A stretch of 64,000 nt of DNA from positions 480,001 to 544,000 of the forward strand of contig CBDCFN010000016.1 of assembly GCA_965216315.1 (NCBI GenBank). Reading direction: 5' to 3'. Below are positions 1 to 9,176 of the stretch, piece by piece. Source of the stretch: a bacterium. Its GTDB lineage: Bacteria > UBA10199 > 2-02-FULL-50-16 > JAJFLM01. A program made the translations under genes and the position numbers. The first letter of the stretch is position 1. Every line of letters begins with the position of its first letter. The notes below the pieces were generated by a model. That model made no database searches and had not been told where the DNA came from. It saw nothing but the letters and a program-made list of their open reading frames with translations.

Positions 1-390
1 CTATTAGATGTTGGGACGGGCAGTGGCGTGCTGGCAATACTGGCCAGGAAGTTGGGTGTAGAAAAGGTCGTTGCGGTTGAGATTTCCGAAGACGCACGTG
101 CGAATGCACGCGAGAATTTTACGCTCAATCAGATTGAGGACATTGAATTGTGCGGAAACATAAATGATGTATCGGAACAATTTGAAGTTGTCATCGCGAA
201 TATCCTGACGCCGACGATATTGCAGCTTAGGGAGCAACTTCTAGCTCGGATGAATCCAGCTAGCAGGCTGATTCTCTCTGGCATTGCCGGCAAGAAAGAA
301 GCGGAGCAAATAGAAGCAAATTTCTCCGATTTAAATTTGCAGGTGCGCGTTGAAAAAGCTGAGTGGCACTGTTTTGTTTATCGATTGTAG
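1..390 (+). CDS. prmA: Ribosomal protein L11 methyltransferase, 5' truncated by window edge
   Basis: Frame 1 reads LLDVGTGSGVLAI (SAM motif I), then VVIANIL and LILSGI motifs typical of PrmA. Confidence 0.85.
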   Translation, partial: LLDVGTGSGVLAILARKLGVEKVVAVEISEDARANARENFTLNQIEDIELCGNINDVSEQFEVVIANILTPTILQLREQLLARMNPASRLILSGIAGKKEAEQIEANFSDLNLQVRVEKAEWHCFVYRL

Positions 391-393
391 GGT

Positions 394-1392
394 CTACAAA
401 GGGGGTGCAAAAAACTCTGGCCCAACGGGCGTCTTGATTTCAATCTCTAGGGCGCGATCCATTTCCCTGAAGTCATTTTCATTTAAGCGAACACTGAGAG
501 CTCCCGCATTGGCTTCCGCCTGGGATGCATTGCGGGCTCCGACGAGAGCACAGCTGACACCTGGTTGTTGGTAGGTCCAGGCAATAGCGAGCTGCCCAAC
601 CGTACAATTTTTACGTTCGGCAATTTTCTCGAGGCGCCTTATGGCCTTTAAATACTGCGGCCGCCTATCCGCCTTAAACTTTGGATCTGCCCGCCGCAAA
701 TCGCCTTTAGGAAACTCGGTCTCTTTAGTGATGCGTCCGCTTAACAGTCCGCGGCAGAGAGCTCCATAGGTCAAAGTAGCGATACTGTGTTCATGGCAAA
801 ACGGGAGTATTTCAACTTCGGCGTTTCGTTCAAACAAATTGTACGGTGGCTGATTAGAGGCCAGTTGATGAGTTGAAAGGCACTGAGCCAGTTGTGAGGT
901 TGAAAAGTTGCTGACCCCAAAAGCCCGTATCTTTCCATTTTGTTTTAATTGTTCCAGTGCTTCCAGTGACTCATTGAAAGGTGTCGCTGGATCGGGCCAG
1001 TGGATTTGCATGAGATCGATGACGTCTGTTTGTAAGCGTCGAAGACTCGCATCGACTTCGCTGTGAATCCTGTCAGGGGATGAGTTGCGGCGAATATTGT
1101 GTTTGTCGTCACTCCATTCAAGGCCGCATTTGCTGGCGAGGAAGACTTGATTGCGAAGTTGATGAGCCCTTAGGGTGCGTCCGACAATTTCCTCGGCGTG
1201 ACCGAAGCCATAGATAGGAGCCGTATCGATGAGAGTGACACCATTGCGGAGCGAAGCCACGATGGCCCCTGCGCTTGAGGCTTCGTTAGTGCCGCCCCAA
1301 TGGAGGCCACCAATTGCCCAGGTGCCGAGTCCGACGGCGGGGATGGATAGCCCGGATTCGGCGAGGGGGCGCTGATTCTTTGACTCGTTCAT
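394..1392 (-). CDS. Aldo/keto reductase
   Basis: GLGTWAIGG, IDTAPIYG, SKCG, IDLMQIHWPD, GVSNF, NQPPYNL motifs; start placed at MNESKNQ (track start 1425). Confidence 0.92.
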   Translation of the reverse strand: MNESKNQRPLAESGLSIPAVGLGTWAIGGLHWGGTNEASSAGAIVASLRNGVTLIDTAPIYGFGHAEEIVGRTLRAHQLRNQVFLASKCGLEWSDDKHNIRRNSSPDRIHSEVDASLRRLQTDVIDLMQIHWPDPATPFNESLEALEQLKQNGKIRAFGVSNFSTSQLAQCLSTHQLASNQPPYNLFERNAEVEILPFCHEHSIATLTYGALCRGLLSGRITKETEFPKGDLRRADPKFKADRRPQYLKAIRRLEKIAERKNCTVGQLAIAWTYQQPGVSCALVGARNASQAEANAGALSVRLNENDFREMDRALEIEIKTPVGPEFFAPPL

Positions 1393-1487
1393 CTCTTTGA
1401 TATTTATAAGGAAATTGCGTCTCATGCAACGATAAAATCCCTTAAGACCTTGCTAATGGGGTCAGATTCTGTTTGTCATAACTTGTT

Positions 1488-3353
1488 ATGACTCTCGCCC
1501 GGTGGTTCGTTGTTGTCGTCTATCTTATTCCCATCATGGGGACTCTCATCAATATGGGGCGACGCATCCGATCTCTCTGGTCGTTTGGTGGAGAAGTCCG
1601 ACAGCATATTCCCAAGAACCCAGTCTCGCGTACCTTGAAAAAATGGTCGGCCGCTATTCGCGGGGCTTGGTCTAAGTTTTTAAAGCAATATGGTCCGAGT
1701 TTGCGGGTGCGTGATGTCAATGCGGCACTAGGGAAATTCGAGTATCTCTTCGGGCACATGCGCGATTATACGGTGGGTGTTGTGATGACCGGTGGGGCCG
1801 TCTTTAATCTGACGATGTGTCTCTTGGTTAGTTCAGAGAATGTAAGCACTTATTTTTATGATGCCTTTTACTTCGGTGTCTTTGCATTGCTTTCACTCTA
1901 TACCTACCGCCGTCACGTGAACACGGGGCTTAAAATGACAGAGTTTATGCGGACCAATCCCTGGGTTCATCCGCAAGAATTCTTTGACATTTATTATCGA
2001 CGCCTTGGTCCCTTATATGAACCGATTCCGGTCAAGGCTGAGCGCGTTGTTGATCCTGAAGATGTTTCTTATTTAAGCGGGAAGTCGGCAGAGACGGGAT
2101 ATGGTCGGCTCGCATATGGTTTTTATGATACCGCTATTTTTGCGCGCAGTGCATTTAAAGCCTTAGACGAACTTGGTTCCATCTACGGAAACGAAGTCTT
2201 TGATGTCATGGCCAGTCTATGGGGCTCTCGCATGATTCAACTATTCCGTTCGAGCATGAGAGTGACAGGAGCTGAGAAATTTCAGGAGGTTGAGGGGAAA
2301 GTTATCCTGGTCTTCAATCATAAGTCTCATTTGGACTTTGTCTTAAACTTTTTTGCCTTGTCCAAGGCGCGGCTTAAAAATGGCCAACCGTTGCGTCCGC
2401 GCTATATGGCCGCCAAAGATCATTTTGTTGATAACAAATTTATTTATGAAGGAATCGGCGTCGGACGTCTCATCGAAAATGTCGATATGGTCTTTGTAGA
2501 TCGTACCGGTAAGGGAGCAGATGCCATCCAGCAGGCGGCGGATATCTTAACGCGTCGCGATGTTTCAATTGCGATGTATCCGCAAGGAACACGCGCTTAT
2601 GGCAACATCGGTTCACATCGCGAGCGACGTGATGCCGGTTTTTATACCGCGGGATCAGCCAAGAGTCTGCGCAAAGAACTCGGGCATCTCAAAAAAGGCT
2701 GTGCTTTCTTGGCCTTGGATACGGCAATTGCTTTGCATAAACAGGGTAGTCAGGAACCGGTGAATCTGGTGTTCGTCGGTATCGAAGGCACAGCTGATCT
2801 CGTTCCGAAAGGGTCGATGAAAGTGAGGACGGAGTCTGAAGTTTCTTTTAATATAGGCAATATTGTACGGATTATGCCGGACGAAGTGGTTGACTACGCT
2901 AAGCCGGGACCAGAAGGACCGGTGACAGATGCGGAACGACGTTACCAGGACCGTGTGGGTCAGTTGATGCGCGTCATCAACGATGGCCTCATCCAGGCTC
3001 TCAACTTGCATACTGAATTGAGCGACCGCTTTATCTCGGATGTTCGCGAGCATAATCTCGTAGCGGCGGGGAGCTGGATGCAGATCAAGAATGCTTTGGT
3101 TTCATGGGACCAGCACGGTGAACTACTGCCTTTTCAAGTACTCGATCGCATCTATGCGCTCGATCCCAACTATCGTGATAAGTACTTGCAGCGTGCCGCG
3201 GAACTTTTCGTCCAAGAGACACCGGAGGCTGCTGACTTAGAGGCTCTCAACGGAGAGGTGATCGATTTCCTTCTCAAGACGCGAGGAAAGGTCATGAAGC
3301 GAGCGATGATGAGCGAGAAGAATCGCGAAAAGAAGCTGAAAAAAGCTTCCTAA
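1488..3353 (+). CDS. Lysophospholipid acyltransferase (PlsC-like) with N-terminal membrane region
   Basis: NHKSHLD (HxxxxD), AAKDHF, FVDR and YPQGTR blocks; about 3 hydrophobic segments in first 140 aa. Confidence 0.8.
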   Translation: MTLARWFVVVVYLIPIMGTLINMGRRIRSLWSFGGEVRQHIPKNPVSRTLKKWSAAIRGAWSKFLKQYGPSLRVRDVNAALGKFEYLFGHMRDYTVGVVMTGGAVFNLTMCLLVSSENVSTYFYDAFYFGVFALLSLYTYRRHVNTGLKMTEFMRTNPWVHPQEFFDIYYRRLGPLYEPIPVKAERVVDPEDVSYLSGKSAETGYGRLAYGFYDTAIFARSAFKALDELGSIYGNEVFDVMASLWGSRMIQLFRSSMRVTGAEKFQEVEGKVILVFNHKSHLDFVLNFFALSKARLKNGQPLRPRYMAAKDHFVDNKFIYEGIGVGRLIENVDMVFVDRTGKGADAIQQAADILTRRDVSIAMYPQGTRAYGNIGSHRERRDAGFYTAGSAKSLRKELGHLKKGCAFLALDTAIALHKQGSQEPVNLVFVGIEGTADLVPKGSMKVRTESEVSFNIGNIVRIMPDEVVDYAKPGPEGPVTDAERRYQDRVGQLMRVINDGLIQALNLHTELSDRFISDVREHNLVAAGSWMQIKNALVSWDQHGELLPFQVLDRIYALDPNYRDKYLQRAAELFVQETPEAADLEALNGEVIDFLLKTRGKVMKRAMMSEKNREKKLKKAS

Positions 3354-4193
3354 TTATTCCACAAATTCAGGAATGACATTTTCAGGAAGAATGCCTTTAT
3401 TGAAGCCTTCATCGAGCAAGAGCTCAACAGCTTTCTTGCCCTTGTCTCCGTAGCCGAGCGTCCAGTGATTGACGTACATGGAGACGAAGGCGTCGGTTTG
3501 CTCTTCGTTCATGCCGCGGGCGAACTGACGGGCATAGGGAATCGACTCTTCTTTGTTGTTGAGGCCGAGCTGGATGCTTTCTTTGAGGAGTGCATCTAAT
3601 TTTCTAATCAGTTCATCACCGAGGTCTTTGCGGATAATGTTGCAGCCTAATGGGAGGGGGAGTTGGGTCTGTTCGAACCACCACTCACCCATGTCCAGTA
3701 ACTTGCGAAAGCCTTCGGCTTCGTAAGTGAGTTGCCCTTCATGGATGATGAGGCCGACGGGATATTCACCGGTTTGGACCTTGGTTAAAATCTGATCGAA
3801 AGGGACAACGTCATATTGAATGTTAGGTTCCCATAGTCGTAAGGCAAGTAGGGCCGTCGTCCACTCACCGGGGACGGCGACTTTCATTTTTCGTGCGTCA
3901 TCAAGTGTTAAATTTTCACGCGCGACCAACATGGGGCCATATTGCTCACCGAAGCTGGCGCCACTCGACATGATCTTGTAGCGATCTCGAATATAAGGAT
4001 AGGCGTGAAACGAAATCGCGCTGATCTCGTAGATGCCCTTCATGGCGGCCTGATTAAGGGTTTCAATGTCCGTCAGGGTGTGTTCGAGACGATAGCCGGG
4101 TAATGTGAGCCGGTCCGTTGCGAGGGCCCAGAACATGAAGGCATCGTCGGAATCGGGGCTGTGGGCGATTTTGATGAGTTGGTCGTCGCTCAT
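3354..4193 (-). CDS. mqnD: 1,4-dihydroxy-6-naphthoate synthase (futalosine menaquinone pathway), MqnA/MqnD family
   Basis: AHSPDSDDAFMF, DIETLN, IIHEGQLTY, LPLPLG, MYVN; start placed at MSDDQ (track start 4241). Confidence 0.85.
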   Translation of the reverse strand: MSDDQLIKIAHSPDSDDAFMFWALATDRLTLPGYRLEHTLTDIETLNQAAMKGIYEISAISFHAYPYIRDRYKIMSSGASFGEQYGPMLVARENLTLDDARKMKVAVPGEWTTALLALRLWEPNIQYDVVPFDQILTKVQTGEYPVGLIIHEGQLTYEAEGFRKLLDMGEWWFEQTQLPLPLGCNIIRKDLGDELIRKLDALLKESIQLGLNNKEESIPYARQFARGMNEEQTDAFVSMYVNHWTLGYGDKGKKAVELLLDEGFNKGILPENVIPEFVE

Positions 4194-4245
4194 GGAGGGG
4201 GGGTTAGACCATAGTGGATGGGAGTCGTCAAGTGGGCACATTTAT

Positions 4246-4442
4246 GTCGGGTCCCTCTGGGCGGGTCCTGCCCTCCCGTGAGAGTTTGTGACTCCCTCGC
4301 CTCGCTGTGCTGGCTCGGTCTCGCTCGCAAAACTCTCACTCGGGTCACCCGCCACACTTGAACGCCGGGTGGTTCGAGCTTCCTTCGGACCGTCTGCATT
4401 TAGAGACGCAGCCGAAGGTTTGCGAAGAACCAGGACCCGGCG
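4246..4442. repeat. Highly structured intergenic element (two long imperfect hairpins, REP/MITE-like or cis-RNA)
   Basis: gtgagagttt(4278)/aaactctcac(to 4339); ggcgggt/acccgcc; cgccgggt..ggttc..ccttcgg / ccgaagg..gaacc..acccggcg (4363-4442). Confidence 0.55.
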
Positions 4443-4461
4443 CAATTGAGCATGTCGATGT

Positions 4462-5307
4462 TCATAAGGGTATTGTAGAGAATAAAAACAGGAACTTGGC
4501 GACTAGTTCCCCAACGAAGATAAAAGCGACCCCGACGTACATGATGCCGGTAACGGATTGATTGCCATCCGCACGGGCTGAGGCCCAGGCGATATAAGCC
4601 GTTACTGCGGGAATCGCGAGGCCGACGATAATGCGTTGCCAAAAGAAGATGCCATACCCGCCCATTGACGTGAGTATCTTGATCGTTTCGTGATCCGGAC
4701 CGGAGCCGGTGTAGAGCCAGAGCCACGTGACTCCGACAGTGAGTATTTTGAGAATCAGCGTGCCTCCCAGGATTACAGACGTACGGACAAGCAGCCGCTT
4801 CGGCATCACGCCGTTGATGAAATACCAGCGGCCGAAGATCATCCCGATGAGAAATCCCCCGAGCAATAACGCCGCAGTTACAAAATTAATGGGGATGAGC
4901 GCCGCAGGAACGGTCAAGGTCGATTCCTTGGGAATAAACAGCAGACTGTCAAAGGCGACGGCCGGCAATGCTAAGAACGAGGCACTGTTAAGCCACATTT
5001 TGATAGGTTTTGTTTGAGAGAAGCGTGTGCAGAGCCACGCGACAAAAGCTAATGCGGCAATGATTCCATAGAGACCGTTGACATAGGGATAAGAACTCAG
5101 GTGGCTACCGAATCCAAAATTTTCCGGCAGAGTGAAAGGGTGTTTCCAGCGCATGAAAAGAGCGGCAGTGATAAATGCGAAAGACAGAAATGAAATTGTT
5201 TTGAAGAACAATCGATCGACTTGGTCCTTCGGTAAAAAAAGGCAGAGAAACACCATGCCGCAGGCGCTTTGCAACAGAAAAAGATTGAGTATAAAGGTAA
5301 TGCTCAT
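4462..5307 (-). CDS. Uncharacterised polytopic membrane protein (about 8 TM)
   Basis: 281-aa ORF with about 8 hydrophobic helices; GMIFGRWY and SVTGIMYV motifs. Confidence 0.75.
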   Translation of the reverse strand: MSITFILNLFLLQSACGMVFLCLFLPKDQVDRLFFKTISFLSFAFITAALFMRWKHPFTLPENFGFGSHLSSYPYVNGLYGIIAALAFVAWLCTRFSQTKPIKMWLNSASFLALPAVAFDSLLFIPKESTLTVPAALIPINFVTAALLLGGFLIGMIFGRWYFINGVMPKRLLVRTSVILGGTLILKILTVGVTWLWLYTGSGPDHETIKILTSMGGYGIFFWQRIIVGLAIPAVTAYIAWASARADGNQSVTGIMYVGVAFIFVGELVAKFLFLFSTIPL

Positions 5308-5389
5308 GGCGGGCCTGGGGCTATCATGCCGTACTGAATATGTCTAGTGGGGTTGATTTCAGGCGATTCATGTGATTGCTTGCTCCTCC

Positions 5390-6037
5390 ATGACGCCCAT
5401 TGATCTCATTATTTTTGATTTGGACGGGACTCTCATCGATTCGAGGAAGGATATCGCCCATTGTGTCAACTGGGTGCTGGGTGATATGGGCCTTCCCGCT
5501 ATTGATCACGAGACAATCTATTCTTATGTGGGCCACGGTGTTCGTGATCTGATGGCCGGCGCGTTGGAAGCCGCCCACGGCGATCACAGCTATGAACGTG
5601 CTTTGGAGCTGTTTGATAAACACTACACAGAACATTTGCTGGATCATACGGCTCTGTTTGAAGGAATGCCGGAAGTTTTGCAGCGCTTTCGCGACAAGGC
5701 AATGGCGGTAATTACTAATAAACCGCAGAAATATACGGATAGCATCATCTCTGGTCTTGGTTTGAATGATTATTTCAAAACCGTGCTGGGTCGCGAAGCA
5801 TGCCCCAATCCTAAACCGCATCCGGAGCCTGTACTCAAGGTGTTGGAGTCACTACCTAACCGGAAAGAACGGAGCATCATTATTGGTGATACTGAAGTGG
5901 ATATTGAGGCCGGTAAACAGGCGGGTATTTTGACCTGCGGCGTTCTCTTTGGTTTTGGCAAAGAAGAACTCGTGCGTGCTGCCGAACCCGATTATATTGT
6001 CGAGGATGTAAATGCTTTGATGGAATTGCTTGCATGA
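5390..6037 (+). CDS. HAD-family hydrolase (phosphoglycolate phosphatase/PpaX-like)
   Basis: FDLDGTLIDS motif I, ITNK, KPHPEP, IGDTEVDI motif IV. Confidence 0.9.
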   Translation: MTPIDLIIFDLDGTLIDSRKDIAHCVNWVLGDMGLPAIDHETIYSYVGHGVRDLMAGALEAAHGDHSYERALELFDKHYTEHLLDHTALFEGMPEVLQRFRDKAMAVITNKPQKYTDSIISGLGLNDYFKTVLGREACPNPKPHPEPVLKVLESLPNRKERSIIIGDTEVDIEAGKQAGILTCGVLFGFGKEELVRAAEPDYIVEDVNALMELLA

Positions 6038-6043
6038 GGAGAG

Positions 6044-6556
6044 ATGGCCAAGATCATTAAAAAGATATTTAATGGTCGCATTGTTGATCTTCGGATTGAA
6101 CAGCATCGTTTGCCGAATGGCGTGACGCATGATTTCGAAATCGTACGTCATTTGCCGGCGGCAGCTGTCTTGCCTGTCATGGGAGATCAAATCCTTTTGA
6201 TCAAACAGTATCGTCCGGCGATTGGTAAGCGTGTCTGGGAAATTCCTGCAGGCTTAGTTGAGGAGAGTGAAAGTCCTCTCAGCTGTGTGAAGCGGGAATT
6301 GAGAGAAGAGACCGGTTACCGGGGTGAGAATTTTCGTAAGCTAGGGATTATTTATTCAGCCTGCGGCTTTACGGATGAAAAGATTATCATTTATCAGTGC
6401 GATATAGGCGAGAAGGGCGATAATTCTCTTGAGCTGACGGAAGATATAACCGTTCACCTTCTTGTTGTGGATCAAGTTCGTGAGATGTTAGAGCAGGGTG
6501 AGATCAAGGATTCAAAGACGGTGATTGCCCTGCAGCATTACTTTTTGTCTCCTTGA
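6044..6556 (+). CDS. NUDIX hydrolase, ADP-ribose pyrophosphatase-like
   Basis: QYRPA..WEIPAGLVE..RELREETGY Nudix box; DSKT tail. Confidence 0.9.
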   Translation: MAKIIKKIFNGRIVDLRIEQHRLPNGVTHDFEIVRHLPAAAVLPVMGDQILLIKQYRPAIGKRVWEIPAGLVEESESPLSCVKRELREETGYRGENFRKLGIIYSACGFTDEKIIIYQCDIGEKGDNSLELTEDITVHLLVVDQVREMLEQGEIKDSKTVIALQHYFLSP

Positions 6557-6591
6557 TTTTTATTCACGAGTATTAGAAACTCCCGCGCAAG

Positions 6592-8271
6592 ATGGCAAAA
6601 CAACTTAATAAATATAGTGCACGGATCACGCAGGACCGCGATCAACCCGCCTCGCAGGCAATGCTTTATGGCATTGGCCTTACCGAGGAAGATCTCGCCA
6701 AGCCTTTTGTGGGGGTTGCGAGTACCGGCTATGACGGGAATACCTGTAACATGCATCTCAATGGGTTGGCTAAGTTGGCCAAGGAAAGCTGCTTAGAAGC
6801 AGGGATGGTCGGACTCATCTTTCACACGATTGGGGTCAGTGACGGTATTTCAATGGGTACCGAGGGGATGAATTATTCACTGCAGTCCCGCGAGATTATA
6901 GCCGACTCCATTGAAACCGTGATGAACGCCCATTGGTATGATGCGAATATTTCCGTTGTCGGATGTGATAAAAACATGCCGGGCTCCGTGATTGCGATGG
7001 GGCGTCTCAACCGTCCAAGCATTATGATTTATGGCGGGACAATTAGTCCGGGAAAATTCCACGACAAGGTGCTTGATATCGTGTCGGCCTTTGAAGGTTT
7101 GGGTGAATTCGTGGGCGGTAAAATCGATGAACCCGAGCTTAAAGGCATTCTTAAAAATGCCTGTCCTGGTGCCGGGGCCTGCGGGGGGATGTACACAGCG
7201 AATACGATGGCATCGGCGATTGAAACACTCGGGATGAGTTTGCCGTATAGTTCTTCATATCCTGCAACGAGCGAAGAAAAGCTTGCAGAGTGTCGCCAGG
7301 TGGGGGCTGCTATTAGGAATTTACTTGAAAAGGACATTAAGCCCGCCGATATCATGACGCGCAAAGCCTTCGAAAATGCAATCACAATCGTGATGGCATT
7401 AGGTGGCTCAACAAACGCCGTATTACATCTAATTGCGATGGCGAAGTCCGTCGATGTCCCGCTGACGATTGATGATTTCCAGGTGATCAGCGATAGAACG
7501 CCGTATATCGCTGATCTGAAACCGAGTGGCAAGTATGTGATGGAGGATCTCTGCCATGTCGGTGGAGTTCCAGCCGTTCAAAAATTGCTCCTTAAAGAAG
7601 GTTTGTTAGCGGGGGATTGCCTCACGGTGACGGGAAAGACCTTAGCTGAGAACTTAGAGTCACTGCCGGGTCTCAAGGAAGGGCAGCCCATTATCTTTCC
7701 GCTATCGCAGCCAATCAAGCCGAGCGGCCATCTGCAGATTTTGTATGGCAATATTGCCGAGCAGGGTGCGGTTGCTAAAATTACGGGTAAAGAGGGGACT
7801 GCTTTTACGGGCACAGCCCGTGTATTTGACAGCGAAGAAGAAGCGATCGAGGCGCTTGAGGCCAAGCAGATCAAGCCCGGCGACGTACTTGTCATTCGTT
7901 ATGAAGGGCCGAAAGGGGGGCCGGGCATGAGTGAAATGCTTAAAGTGACGGCCGTCGTGATGGGGCTTGGGCTTGGCAAAGAAGTTGCGCTAATAACGGA
8001 CGGTCGTTTTTCGGGTGGAACCCATGGTTTTGTTGTCGGCCACATAACGCCGGAGGCACAAGTGGGCGGTGTCATGGCAATTATTGAAGACGGAGATGAA
8101 ATTACGATTGATGCGGAGCAGAGAGTGTTGAACCTCAATGTTTCGGCTGAGATTATTCAGGCCCGTTTTAATGATTGGAAGGCCCCACCGCTTAAGGTCA
8201 AGCGCGGCACACTTCACAAGTTCTTTAAAACTGTTGCTTCGGCGTCGGAAGGATGCGTGACGGATGCGTGA
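6592..8271 (+). CDS. ilvD: Dihydroxy-acid dehydratase
   Basis: [52 protein letters not shown]. Confidence 0.97.
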   Translation: MAKQLNKYSARITQDRDQPASQAMLYGIGLTEEDLAKPFVGVASTGYDGNTCNMHLNGLAKLAKESCLEAGMVGLIFHTIGVSDGISMGTEGMNYSLQSREIIADSIETVMNAHWYDANISVVGCDKNMPGSVIAMGRLNRPSIMIYGGTISPGKFHDKVLDIVSAFEGLGEFVGGKIDEPELKGILKNACPGAGACGGMYTANTMASAIETLGMSLPYSSSYPATSEEKLAECRQVGAAIRNLLEKDIKPADIMTRKAFENAITIVMALGGSTNAVLHLIAMAKSVDVPLTIDDFQVISDRTPYIADLKPSGKYVMEDLCHVGGVPAVQKLLLKEGLLAGDCLTVTGKTLAENLESLPGLKEGQPIIFPLSQPIKPSGHLQILYGNIAEQGAVAKITGKEGTAFTGTARVFDSEEEAIEALEAKQIKPGDVLVIRYEGPKGGPGMSEMLKVTAVVMGLGLGKEVALITDGRFSGGTHGFVVGHITPEAQVGGVMAIIEDGDEITIDAEQRVLNLNVSAEIIQARFNDWKAPPLKVKRGTLHKFFKTVASASEGCVTDA

Positions 8272-8279
8272 CGATTGAG

Positions 8280-8693
8280 CTATTTGACTAAGAGTACTCC
8301 CATCGTGATTAAAAAGACGCCGATCACCCGACTCAGACTGAGTGGCTCCCCAAGAAACAAAACTGAATAGAATAATGTAAAGACGGGTGCGACGGCAACG
8401 AGCGGAACTACACGGGAAGCCAAGTCTCCTTGCAATACAGAAAAATATAACCATAGAAAAACCGTCGCCATCAGTGCCGGGATGACAATCCATAGATAGG
8501 TGCGGCCACTGAAATCGCCAAAGGAACGATATTGCCCGGTGAAAAAAGAGATCAGCAAGAGAAGAATGCAGATGAGACAGCTACGGATTGTGAAAACGGC
8601 TAGGGGGGACGCTTCTTTTAAGCTAAGCTTTTCAAAGATGGCTCCTAAGCCCATCATCGCGGCCACGATCAGTGGCAGGCCAATCTCTTTCAT
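8280..8693 (-). CDS. EamA/DMT family transporter (single repeat, 5 TM)
   Basis: Five hydrophobic helices, ASRVVPL..LFLGE..G..LI..GV pattern; ATG at 8693 preferred over track start 8729. Confidence 0.85.
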   Translation of the reverse strand: MKEIGLPLIVAAMMGLGAIFEKLSLKEASPLAVFTIRSCLICILLLLISFFTGQYRSFGDFSGRTYLWIVIPALMATVFLWLYFSVLQGDLASRVVPLVAVAPVFTLFYSVLFLGEPLSLSRVIGVFLITMGVLLVK

Positions 8694-8750
8694 GGCATAG
8701 ACTTTTCCGGCAACACCTTGAAAAGTCAAGGGAGTATAGGGACTTGGGCG

Positions 8751-8779
8751 TTGACTTTGAATCCGGGCTTGTGTACTTA
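8751..8779 (+). promoter_or_regulatory. Candidate sigma70 promoter for ferredoxin
   Basis: TTGACT-N17-TACTTA. Confidence 0.4.
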
Positions 8780-8785
8780 TGGACT

Positions 8786-8834
8786 CTCACGTCAGGCGTG
8801 AGTGCTTTTTGGGTTTCACGTCAGGCGTGAAACC
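8786..8834 (+). promoter_or_regulatory. Two tandem palindromes with identical core TCACGTCAGGCGTGA
   Basis: ctcacg-tcagg-cgtgag (8786-8802) and ggtttcacg-tcagg-cgtgaaacc (8812-8834). Confidence 0.65.
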
Positions 8835-8852
8835 ATAATCGAGGAGGATGAA

Positions 8853-9152
8853 ATGGCCTACGTTATTACCGAAAAATGCTTGGGAGAAAGATATGCAACA
8901 TGCGTTGATGTCTGTCCGGTCAACTGCATTTATCCTGGTGATTACAAAGACGAAGTCTTCATGGTTATCGATCCGGAAATTTGTATCGATTGCGGCGCCT
9001 GTCTCCCGGAATGTCCGATTGAGGCCATTGTCGCCTCAGAAGATGAGTCGCCGGATTGGGCCAAGATCAATGCGGAGTTGACGCCTGCTTACAAGGACAA
9101 TCCTCCCGTGGAGCCACGCCCGGCCAATGATCCGCCGCGGAAGCAGCATTAA
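8853..9152 (+). CDS. Dicluster (7Fe, FdxA-type) ferredoxin
   Basis: MAYVITEKC..CVDVCPVNCI..CIDCGACLPECP; GAGGAGG RBS before ATG 8853. Confidence 0.93.
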   Translation: MAYVITEKCLGERYATCVDVCPVNCIYPGDYKDEVFMVIDPEICIDCGACLPECPIEAIVASEDESPDWAKINAELTPAYKDNPPVEPRPANDPPRKQH

Positions 9153-9176
9153 ATCTCGAATGAAATTGTGTAAATA

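Noticed and set aside
4370..4400. Minus-strand ggtccgaaggaagc resembling SRP RNA helix 8
   Set aside because: Lacks the CAGG/GNRA/AGCAG arrangement; the bases are used in a different long hairpin
4190..4726. Short ORFs overlapping the structured intergenic region
   Set aside because: No RBS or protein-like features; explained by GC-rich palindromes and overlap with the 4462-5307 gene
6592..8271. ilvD isolated from other ilv genes, possible horizontal origin
   Set aside because: Stand-alone ilvD is common and origin cannot be judged without a phylogeny
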